Shown here: piece by piece, positions 47,694 to 56,035 of the stretch
Numbering within the stretch: position 1 is the stretch's first letter
Layout: each line of letters starts with the position of its first letter
Notes under the pieces: model-generated
The model's input: the letters and a program-made list of their open reading frames with translations, nothing else
Told to the model about the DNA's origin: nothing
The model's database searches: none
Position numbers and translations under genes: made by a program
From: Candidatus Latescibacterota bacterium
GTDB taxonomy: Bacteria; Latescibacterota; UBA2968; UBA8231
DNA length: 64,000 nucleotides
Assembly: GCA_965261395.1 (NCBI GenBank)
Contig: OZ253462.1
Span: 2,368,001 to 2,432,000, forward strand
Reading direction: 5' to 3'

Positions 47694-49436
47694 ATGATTC
47701 GCTTCATCCTTTTTGTCCTCGTCCTCACCCTAGTCGCCTGCTCCGACCCTGCACCGGTAGCACCCCACCCTGCGGGCAAAGCCAACTGTGCCTTGTGCGG
47801 GTTCTTGGGCGACGACACCCACACCATTGCCGATGGGCAAGGTGCCCACGAAAGCCCCGAGCCCGACAGCCTGTCCGTTGTGTTCGCGGACTCCACTCTA
47901 GAGGGCGCAGTGAGGCAAGCATTGGATCGACTCCAAGGACGCCTCACACCGGAAGACGTCGCGTCCCTAACCCGTATATCGGCCAGTGGTAAGACCATTC
48001 ACAGTTTAGCCGGACTGGAGCACTTTACAGCCCTGAAAAAGCTAGATCTAAAGGACAACCAGATCGCCGATATAACACCGTTGGCGACCTTGGCCGAGGT
48101 GGATTCGTTGGCTCTGCAGGACAACCAGATTGTCGATGTGACGCCGCTAACCGGCTTGACCGGCCTGTCTTGGCTGGAACTAGGGAACAACCTGATTGAA
48201 GACGTGGCACCCTTGGTTGCCAACACCGGTCTGGGTGAAGGCGATCATGTCAACTTGGAGAACAACCCCCTCAGCGCCCAAGCTCTCAGTGAACAGATCC
48301 CCGCCTTGCAAGCACGAGGCGTCGAGGTTGAGTACACCATTGCCGACGAGCAAGACACTGATACAAGCTCCGACGGCGCTTCCATATTCGACGCTTTTAA
48401 CGCCATAAGCTCCGAATTGCCATCAATTGGTAGTATAGAGACTCGTCTTCTCACACATAGTGGGCGTGGGCCAAGATGGTCATCAGATGGTCAACGTATT
48501 GTTTTTTACTCCAGTCGTAACGGCCGGTGGGATATATATAGTATCGACTCTGATGGAACAAACGAAATCCGCCTAACGACACACGAAACTGGTGAATGGT
48601 CTCCGACGTGGTCGCCTGACGGTCTCAGAATTGCCTTCGTGTCTTACCGCGACGGTTACGCCGGTCACCAGAGTATTCATATCATGGACTCTGATGGAAA
48701 AAACGAAACTCGACTAACAGAAAATAACCGTCATGACGAATATCCAAGGTGGTCACCTGATGGTCGGCGTATAGCATACGTATCTGTTCTTCGTGAAAAT
48801 AATCGTCAAAACAGAGAGATATATGTCATGGACGCCGATGGTTCCAACAAGACCCGGCTCACGCAACATGTTGAGGATGACTGGTTGCCGGCGTGGTCGC
48901 CCGATGGTCAAAGTATTGCATTCTTGTCTCTACGCAATCTTGACATTGAGGTATATATCATGGATGCCGATGGGCGCAACAAGAAAAGACTCACGCAAAG
49001 GAATCCCAGCCATTACCCAGCGTGGTCCCCTGCACCTGATAGCAGACGCATTGCTTACAATTCACTTCCTTCATTTGATGATTATGGTAAGGGGCGTATT
49101 GCCTGGGGAGCGAACCATGAGATATATGTCATGGATGCCGATGGCCGCAACAAGAAAAGACTCACATGGGTTGAAGGCTCAGATTTCTGGCCAGCGTGGT
49201 CGCCTGATGGGGAACGTATTGCCTTTGTGTCTGAGCGTGATGGCGATATGGAGATATATGTCATGGACGCTGATGGGCGCAACGAGAAAAGACTCACATA
49301 CGGCGCTGGGAACGATGGTAATGTACCAAACGCCCTTGCGTGGTCGCCTGATCCTGATAGTCATAGAATCGTCTTTGAGCGAGGTCGGGACGAAGAAATA
49401 TATATCGTGGAGTTCATGGAAATTGAAGGGCGGTAA
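47694..49436 (+). CDS. Lipoprotein with internalin-like leucine-rich repeats and TolB-like (PD40) beta-propeller
   Basis: Lipobox LVAC; LxxLxLxxNxIxDxxPL repeats; WSPDG..IAF.S...EIYVMDADG.N..RLT repeats; AAGGAG RBS. Confidence 0.88.
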   Translation: MIRFILFVLVLTLVACSDPAPVAPHPAGKANCALCGFLGDDTHTIADGQGAHESPEPDSLSVVFADSTLEGAVRQALDRLQGRLTPEDVASLTRISASGKTIHSLAGLEHFTALKKLDLKDNQIADITPLATLAEVDSLALQDNQIVDVTPLTGLTGLSWLELGNNLIEDVAPLVANTGLGEGDHVNLENNPLSAQALSEQIPALQARGVEVEYTIADEQDTDTSSDGASIFDAFNAISSELPSIGSIETRLLTHSGRGPRWSSDGQRIVFYSSRNGRWDIYSIDSDGTNEIRLTTHETGEWSPTWSPDGLRIAFVSYRDGYAGHQSIHIMDSDGKNETRLTENNRHDEYPRWSPDGRRIAYVSVLRENNRQNREIYVMDADGSNKTRLTQHVEDDWLPAWSPDGQSIAFLSLRNLDIEVYIMDADGRNKKRLTQRNPSHYPAWSPAPDSRRIAYNSLPSFDDYGKGRIAWGANHEIYVMDADGRNKKRLTWVEGSDFWPAWSPDGERIAFVSERDGDMEIYVMDADGRNEKRLTYGAGNDGNVPNALAWSPDPDSHRIVFERGRDEEIYIVEFMEIEGR

Positions 49437-49688
49437 GGCATCGGCGACGAGGATTGAAGATAATTTGCAGAGTTTTGCGCTGGTGATTGCGGCGCTGGAG
49501 ACGACGGTGGATGGGAAGCCCAAGCGAATTGCGGATTATCTGTAAGAAGCAATTCGCTTGGGCGCACTACTTTAGAAACTGAGGCGCAGACGCACGGCTC
49601 TGGTCGCGCCGTTAAAACCGAACTGATTCACTTCCCAAGGATACTGAAGCGCCTGTCCTAGCCGTCGTTGCCTCCCCGCAGCAGGAAC
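49423..49688. repeat. Direct repeat copy C2 (orphan Gfo 3' end + spacer + functional membrane gene tail)
   Basis: Encodes orphan GKASATRIEDNLQSFALVIAALETTVDGKPKRIADYL* (stop 49545, offset 2073 from 47472). Confidence 0.9.
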
Positions 49689-50098
49689 ACGCCCATCGCG
49701 CCCGCAAGCAGCGGCAGCGTGGCGTCGATGAGGATCCACACGAGGCTGGCCGTATCCCCTCCTGCGGCGGTGAATGCAGGACTGAGCAGGATAAACCAGT
49801 TCCAGAAGAACAGGATGCCCACGAACAGGAAGCCGTAGAATTGCGCGTTGGCGGCAACAAACTCGCGCGTCACCGCGCCGCTGTCCCCCTCGCTGTCAGC
49901 GGCTTTCTTGCGGAGGTAGCCGAATATCACGCCCAAGGCGATGGCCAGCGCCATCAACGGGTCCAAGATGTCCCAAAGCGGGCTATACGGCTGCCCTTTG
50001 CTCGAGGTGTGATAGAGCGGTTCGACTACGGTGTGGACTGCGACCGCAACCGCCATCAGGACGAGAAATATGCCACTAATTCGCTTGAGCGTATCCAT
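49658..50098 (-). CDS. Hypothetical 4-TM membrane protein
   Basis: 146-aa ORF, strong AGGAGG RBS, four hydrophobic segments. Confidence 0.75.
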   Translation of the reverse strand: MDTLKRISGIFLVLMAVAVAVHTVVEPLYHTSSKGQPYSPLWDILDPLMALAIALGVIFGYLRKKAADSEGDSGAVTREFVAANAQFYGFLFVGILFFWNWFILLSPAFTAAGGDTASLVWILIDATLPLLAGAMGVFLLRGGNDG

Positions 50099-50101
50099 GA
50101 T

Positions 50102-50120
50102 TCCCTCCTATGTGATGTGG
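50102..50120. repeat. Direct repeat copy D1
   Basis: TCCCTCCTATGTGA(TGTGG); 14 bp exact and 17/19 match with 53562-53580. Confidence 0.6.
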
Positions 50121-50151
50121 TTGAATTTTCCCTCAAGTTAAGCACCTATGC

Positions 50152-51029
50152 CTATGGTGATTCAATAGGAAAGGAACGCGTCCGCACATTGACTTCGAGG
50201 CGGGTTCCGCCGCCGCCTTGGAGGACGCCGCGCGTCGGCGACACGTCGCGGTAATCGCGCCCTACTGCGATATGTACTTTCCCCCCTTGCCAGCGAAGCT
50301 CTGGTTGGTCGGATCGAAGCCGATCCAGCCCAGCTCTGGCAGCCGGCTTTCGACCCAGGCGTGCGTGGCATTGTTTAGCGCCTGCTCGCCGGGATCGGTT
50401 GGGTTCAGGTAGCCCGAGACATAGCGGGCGGGGATACCCCAAGAGCGCGCGATAGCGATCATCAGGTGGGCATAATCTTGGCAGACGCCCCGACCGGTTT
50501 CGAGGATGTGCTCGACGGGGGATTCCGCCGAGGTGCTTCCCGGAATGTATTGCAAGCAGGTGTGGAGCGTGTGCGACAGTTGCAGCAGACTTTCGAGCGG
50601 GTCGTCCATAGGCGCGATGTGATGCCGGTCGACGAATGCGGTGAGTGCGGGCGAGGGGCGCACCAATGCGCTCGGGTGCGTGAAGTCCCAATAGACGCAC
50701 GATTCTCCAAGGGAGCGGATCTCTTCCCAGGCACCGGGGTGCAAACGCGCTGGGAGTGGCGGGGCGGACGCGACCTCGACCGTGGCGCGGGTCGTGATTT
50801 CCAAGGTTTGGTGCGCTTGGTGGAGGTCGAGGAGGTGCCGCGTGTTGCCGAAAGAGTCCGTCTCGCGGTTTAGGTTGGCCGGAGGTTGCGTCTCAATCTC
50901 AAAGTCTAGGAGCCGCTGCCCTCGATCTTCGCGCGGCTCCAGACACAGGAGCATCACGCACTGCTGGGCTAGGGCTGTGTAGCAGTAGCGAGAGAGGTGT
51001 TCGATCTCGTAACGGACGGCTCTAGTCAT
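50152..51029 (-). pseudogene. Transglutaminase family protein, frameshifted near the C-terminus
   Basis: GVCQDYAH, ARYVSGY, THAWVE, GFDPTN; the conserved tail IAVGRDYRDVSPTRG is in another frame after the C6/T3 run at 50278-50286. Confidence 0.82.
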
Positions 51030-51033
51030 GGCG

Positions 51034-52002
51034 TTAGTGGACTGGAGAGTCTTCGACGGCATAATCGATATACGCCGTGGTCACGAGCGCGTGGAGCTTG
51101 CGGCACTCCTCGCCCACCTGCACGAGAAGTGCTTCCCGATCTTCCCGGTCCGGCCACTCGTAGCGGACTAGGGTACACAGTCGGCCGGCGAGCCGCTCGG
51201 CCGCGGCTCCAGCGTGCGAGTTAGGGCTCGCCCCGATGGCTGCCAGCTCTGCTGCTAGCGCGTCGAGCGCACAGCACAATGAACTGGGCAGCAGAGGGTC
51301 GGTGACTAGCAGGTCCAACACCCGGTCCGGCTGGATTTCGACACTATAGTTGCGTTTGTAAGCGTCGAATGCCTGGCATGAACGCAACAGGCTCGTCCAG
51401 TCCGTGTCCGCGGTCTCGCCCTGCGCACGGCCAGCGGCGAACTGGGCGAGGAGCAATGCGACCAGAAACTGGGCGCGTTCGATGAACTGGCCGAGCCGCA
51501 TGAAGTGCCAGCCCTCGTCGCGGTACATGGTTGCGTCGGCCACCCCGGTGAAGGTGTTGATCTCGCGCGTGGTCTCCGCGTAAAAGCTCTCTGGGGAGAC
51601 CTTCCAGATGTCTTCGATGTCGAGGTCGCGGATGCGCAGCCAAGCCAAATTCAGGCAGGTCCACATTTCGGCGCTGATGCAGTGGCGCACTTGGCGGGCG
51701 TTCTCGCGGCCGAAGGCGAGGTAGTTCCGCACTGAATTGGAGTTGTCGCGCTCAAACGTGAGATCGCCCGCTAGGGTGTAGGAATCGGCCAAGGTGTAGT
51801 CGTCGCTCTCGTTGGTCTCGATATCGCCCCAAGGCGGCTGCTGCCCTAGGGCCGTGTAGATCCGACTCCAGCCGAAGTGAATTTCAGCGATCGGTCGATC
51901 CACCAGCGCTTCCACCTGCAAACGCAGCAGGCCGCACAGATATTTCGTCCGCTCGAGGTAGCGGCCTACCCAGTACAGTCCTTGGGCGCTGCGCGAGAGC
52001 AT
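51034..52002 (-). CDS. Alpha-E domain protein (DUF403)
   Basis: MLSR...LYWVGRYLER, RENARQVR, GWHFMRLGQFIERA. Confidence 0.88.
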   Translation of the reverse strand: MLSRSAQGLYWVGRYLERTKYLCGLLRLQVEALVDRPIAEIHFGWSRIYTALGQQPPWGDIETNESDDYTLADSYTLAGDLTFERDNSNSVRNYLAFGRENARQVRHCISAEMWTCLNLAWLRIRDLDIEDIWKVSPESFYAETTREINTFTGVADATMYRDEGWHFMRLGQFIERAQFLVALLLAQFAAGRAQGETADTDWTSLLRSCQAFDAYKRNYSVEIQPDRVLDLLVTDPLLPSSLCCALDALAAELAAIGASPNSHAGAAAERLAGRLCTLVRYEWPDREDREALLVQVGEECRKLHALVTTAYIDYAVEDSPVH

Positions 52003-53431
52003 TCAGTCCTCCAGCACCCAGAGGTCCTTGCCGCCGCCTTGGCTGGAATTGACCACGAGGCTGCCCCGACGTAGCGCCACGCGGCAAAAGGCCCCGGGCA
52101 CGATGCGGGTCTCGCGGCCGTGGAGGACAAAAGGACGCAGATCAACGTGGCGCGGCGCGGCCCTCAATGAAGCAGGGCGCGCTTGAGAGCGCGAGCACCG
52201 GCTGAGAAATAAAATCGGCTGGGTTGGCGCGAAGCTCCTCGGCGTAGGCTGCGCGCTCTGCGGGCGTTGCGTGCGGACCGATGAGCATACCGTAGCCGCC
52301 GGATTCGCCCACGCGCTTCACTACTAGGTTTTCGAGGTTGTCGAGGGTGTAATCTAGATCCTCCGGCCGTCGGCACAGGTGGGTCTGCACGTTGGCGAGG
52401 ATTGGCTCTTCGCCTAGATAGTAGCGGATCATGTCGGGGACGTAGGCATAGACACTCTTGTCATCGGCCACGCCCGTCCCCGGTGCGTTTGCCAAAGCTA
52501 CGTGCCCGAGCTTAAAGGCGTGCAGCAGCCCAGGCACCCCGAGTAGGGAGTCGGGGCGGAAGACGAGGGGGTCGAGGAAGTCGTCGTCCACCCGGCGGTA
52601 GATCACATCGACGCGCCGTAGTCCCGTGGTGGTGCGCATGTACACGAAGCCGTCCTTGACTAGCAGGTCGCGGCCTTCCACGAGTGATGCGCCAATCTCA
52701 TGCGCTAGGAACATATGTTCGTAAAAGGCTGAGTTATAGACTCCGGGCGTGAGCAGGACGATGCAGGGGTCGGTGCATCCATTGGGGGCGAGGTCGCGCA
52801 AGGTCTGGAGTAGCACCTGCCCGTAGTGCTCTACCTCTCGCACTCGGCAGCTCCGGTAGAGGCGACGCAAGCTGGTCTTCACCACCTTGCGGTTGGCGAT
52901 CATATAGGACACGCCCGAGGGCACTCGTAGGTTGTCCTCAAGCACCACGAAGCCGTCGTCTTGGGTGCGCACTAGGTCGGTGCCGCAGATGGCGACCCAC
53001 GTGCCGTGGGGGACGGAGACGCCGCGCATCTCGATGAGGTACTGGGGACAGCCGCGCACTACGTCGGCCGGGATCACGCCATCGGCGATGATGCGGGCTT
53101 CGCCGTACACGTCCTCTAGGAAGCGGTTCAGGGCAGCGATGCGCTGGGTGAGGCCGCTTTCGAGATGTTGCCACTCGGCAGCCGAGAGGAGCCGGGGCAC
53201 GCAGTCGATGGGAATGATGCGCTCGTCGGCCTCGTCGTCGTCATAGACGGTGAAGGTGATGCCTTCGGTAGAGAAGGAGTGCGTTACTCGCTCTTGGATT
53301 GCGCCGATTTCCTCGTCTGAGAGCCGGCACAAGGTGTCGTATAATTCGCGGCAGTGTGGGCGGGGCGTGCCGTCGGGCAGGAACATCTCATCGTAGGTTG
53401 CAGCATTGAGATCGTAGGCGTCGAAGTGCAT
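52003..53431 (-). pseudogene. Circularly permuted type 2 ATP-grasp protein, frameshifted near the C-terminus
   Basis: VLEDNLRVPSGVSY, LLTPGVYNSAFYEH, YRRVDDDFLDP; the tail [10 protein letters not shown]...[17 protein letters not shown] is out of frame from about 52160. Confidence 0.85.
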
Positions 53432-53561
53432 GGGACGACTTTCCGATCGAGGGCCTTGCGGCTTGGGACGGGTTGCGAGGGCACGGCCGGAGGAGGGTAA
53501 TCCCGGCCGACCTCACATTTAGGTGAAATATATACTATTTACCTGTAGAAAAACAGATAAA

Positions 53562-53580
53562 TCCCTCCTATGTGACGAGG
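53562..53580. repeat. Direct repeat copy D2
   Basis: TCCCTCCTATGTGA(CGAGG), matches 50102-50120. Confidence 0.6.
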
Positions 53581-53648
53581 AGCATCTTGCGCCCGTGGAC
53601 GACCGGACCGGCCTACAATTGGACTACGTGTAGCCCCTCAGGATCGCC

Positions 53649-54902
53649 TCATTCCGCCGTCATCACTGGCGACTCGGCGGCGCGGGCATGGAGATCGGCG
53701 AATTCGGCGCTGCCGTCGTCGTCGAGTAGCTCGGTGCTCGATCCCCATTCGTCAACGGGGTGGTTGCCGCCTTGGAAGAAGGTCCACTTCTGTCCCGAGT
53801 TGGCAAAGTAGATGTTGATGCCGCCGGCGCGGGTGACCTTGACCAGTCGTTTGGGCAGGCTGTGATCGGCTTGATCGACGCGGTACTTTGCCAGCGCCTC
53901 TTCGTCGATTTCAATGCCCAAGCCCGGCGCTTCGGGCACTCGGGCGTGGCCGCCGATGACCTCGATCCGCTGTTTGAGCAGGCTGTGCTCGTACAGCTCG
54001 TGGCAGGTGATGGTCGGCCACTGGGCTTGGACTAGCACCGCGCTCAAGTGCAGCGAAAGTGCGGTGGTTGGCCCGGCACCGACCATTTGCAGGAAGAAAG
54101 GCATGCGCAGTGCCGCGCAAGTGCTGCCTTGGCTGGTGATCTCGTTGACGCCGCCGCCCAAGATCCAGCCGTCGCAGACGCCGCCTAGCTCCAGGGCCTC
54201 GCGGGGGTGGATCACGCCGTAGTGGTGGGCGATGGCCGTTTTGATCTGGGTGCGCAGGAAGCGGTTGCCGGAGGCGTCGTGGCGCGGGATTGGGTCTTCG
54301 AAAATTTTGATTTTGGGGAAGGTCTGCTCCAGCTCGCGCAGCAAGGGGATGGCATTGGAGGCGTTGTTCAAAAAGGCGTTCCAGTCGGCGTCGATGCGAA
54401 AGTGGTCGGGAGTGACGGCGCTGATTTGGCGGATGGTCTCGCGGACATCGAACCACGGTCGGGTCTTGATTTTTATGGAGGTATAGCCGAGTTCAACCGC
54501 GGTTTGCGCCTCAATGGCGTAGCGCTCCGGCGACATATCGTGATCCCAAAACGAAATGGCGCACCAGTCGCGGCACTTGGTGCCCAATAGCTTATAAAGC
54601 GGCACGCCGGCCAGTTTGCCCGCGGCGTCGAAGAGGGCCATCTGTAGGCCGGCGCCCAAGGAGTCGTCCCACATGATGGCAAAGGGCGATTGACCGAGGA
54701 CGCGCTCGTGGGTTTGGACGCGGCCCCAAGTATAGTTCTGAATGGTCTCGCCCCAGCCGACGACGCCGGCGTCGGTTTCGACGCGGGTGATTTCAAGCTC
54801 GGACCAGGTGTGGATGCCAGCGCGTTCCATCTCGCGGCGGATGCGCTCGACAAACGGCACCTGTAGGGTGAAGCGTTCGACGTGGGTAATTTTGGCAGTC
54901 AT
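53649..54902 (-). CDS. Mandelate racemase/muconate lactonizing family enzyme (probable acid-sugar dehydratase)
   Basis: GVVGWGE, ALFDAAGKLAGVPLYKLLG, KIK, IDADWN, FEDP, PGLGIEID. Confidence 0.87.
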   Translation of the reverse strand: MTAKITHVERFTLQVPFVERIRREMERAGIHTWSELEITRVETDAGVVGWGETIQNYTWGRVQTHERVLGQSPFAIMWDDSLGAGLQMALFDAAGKLAGVPLYKLLGTKCRDWCAISFWDHDMSPERYAIEAQTAVELGYTSIKIKTRPWFDVRETIRQISAVTPDHFRIDADWNAFLNNASNAIPLLRELEQTFPKIKIFEDPIPRHDASGNRFLRTQIKTAIAHHYGVIHPREALELGGVCDGWILGGGVNEITSQGSTCAALRMPFFLQMVGAGPTTALSLHLSAVLVQAQWPTITCHELYEHSLLKQRIEVIGGHARVPEAPGLGIEIDEEALAKYRVDQADHSLPKRLVKVTRAGGINIYFANSGQKWTFFQGGNHPVDEWGSSTELLDDDGSAEFADLHARAAESPVMTAE

Positions 54903-54963
54903 GGGTGGGTTTCCTTGGTGTGGGGTGATATGAGGCAGGTAGTGTCGAATAGGGTAGCGGAGG

Positions 54964-55029
54964 TGTCAAGGCCGACGCCCCGGCACAAGTGCGGTCTCGC
55001 TTGACGGACCAAGTGCTCCTCCCTTAATT
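54964..55029. promoter_or_regulatory. Back-to-back sigma70-like promoters
   Basis: TTGACA on the minus strand near 54964-54969; TTGACG-17 nt-TTAATT on the plus strand at 55001-55029. Confidence 0.4.
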
Positions 55030-55060
55030 CCCCCCCCTCACATTGCCAAAGGAAGGCCCT

Positions 55061-56020
55061 ATGTCTGCTACTAGTTGGCGGGATCACCCGTGGACGGGTG
55101 TGTTTCCCGCGACGTTGTGCCCCTTCCACGCCGACGAGTCGATTGACGAAGAAGGGCTGCGGGACTATATCGCCGAATTAGCCGCGGTCGATGGCGTCGA
55201 TGGATTGACCTGCAATGGCCACACCGGCGAGATCATGTCGCTGCGTGCGGCCGAGCGCAATCGGGTGACGCAGCTTGTGGCCGAGACGGTCAAAGCTTCC
55301 GGGCACGCGGTGAAGACGATCTCGGGCGTGTCGGTCGAGGGCAGCTTGGAGGGGATTGACCACGCGCTGGCGGCCAAGGAAGCCGGGGCCGATGCGATCT
55401 TGTTGATGCCGCCGCACCACTGGTTGCGCTTTGGCCGATCGAGCCAGACGGCAGTGGGCTTTTTTGAGGATGTAGCCTCGGCCGGGATCGACATTGTGGT
55501 GCATCAGTATCCGGCGTGGACCAAGGCTGGCTATACGCTCGACGAGATGAAGGCGCTCGTGCAGATCCCTAGGGTCAAGTGCATCAAGATGGGCACCCGC
55601 GATATGAGCCGCTGGCTCTACGACTATCAGGAATTGAAAAAGGTCAACGCCGACGTGCCGATCATCACCTGCCACGACGAGTTTTTACTCCCCAGCTTGC
55701 TGGAGGCGGCCGATGGGGCGCTGGTCGGCTTTGCCGGTTTTGTGCCCGAGCTGATCGTCGAGCTGGTGCAGCGGGCGTTGGACGGGGATTTGGCCGGGGC
55801 GAAAGAGGTGCAGAAAAAGGTCGAGCCGCTCAATCGCATCGTCTATGCTTTTGGCGAGCCGTCGTCGAGCGCGCATCAGCGCATGAAGTGCGCCCGCTGG
55901 CTGCTGGGCAAGTTCCCCTCGCCCAAGATGCGGCGGCCCTTGCGGGACTTAGCACCGGCGGAGATCGCGGGCATTCGGCAGGGGTTGGAAGTGCTTGGCT
56001 ACGAGTGCGTGCGCAAATAA
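55061..56020 (+). CDS. Dihydrodipicolinate synthase/N-acetylneuraminate lyase family aldolase or dehydratase
   Basis: GVFPATLCPF, NGHTGE, AGADAILLMPP, catalytic Lys in CIKMG. Confidence 0.88.
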   Translation: MSATSWRDHPWTGVFPATLCPFHADESIDEEGLRDYIAELAAVDGVDGLTCNGHTGEIMSLRAAERNRVTQLVAETVKASGHAVKTISGVSVEGSLEGIDHALAAKEAGADAILLMPPHHWLRFGRSSQTAVGFFEDVASAGIDIVVHQYPAWTKAGYTLDEMKALVQIPRVKCIKMGTRDMSRWLYDYQELKKVNADVPIITCHDEFLLPSLLEAADGALVGFAGFVPELIVELVQRALDGDLAGAKEVQKKVEPLNRIVYAFGEPSSSAHQRMKCARWLLGKFPSPKMRRPLRDLAPAEIAGIRQGLEVLGYECVRK

Positions 56021-56035
56021 AAGAGCAGGTCTGTC

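Noticed and set aside
48816-49300. Regularly spaced ~45-bp DNA repeats resembling a CRISPR array
   Set aside because: They are in-frame coding propeller blades; spacing (about 130-170 bp) and lack of cas genes do not fit CRISPR.
48793-49545. 250-aa alternate-frame ORF ending in a Gfo-like tail
   Set aside because: Out-of-frame read of the TolB repeats running into the orphan duplicated Gfo tail; explained by repeat C2.
47350-49688. Diversity-generating retroelement TR/VR pair
   Set aside because: Differences between copies are not adenine-specific and no reverse transcriptase is present.
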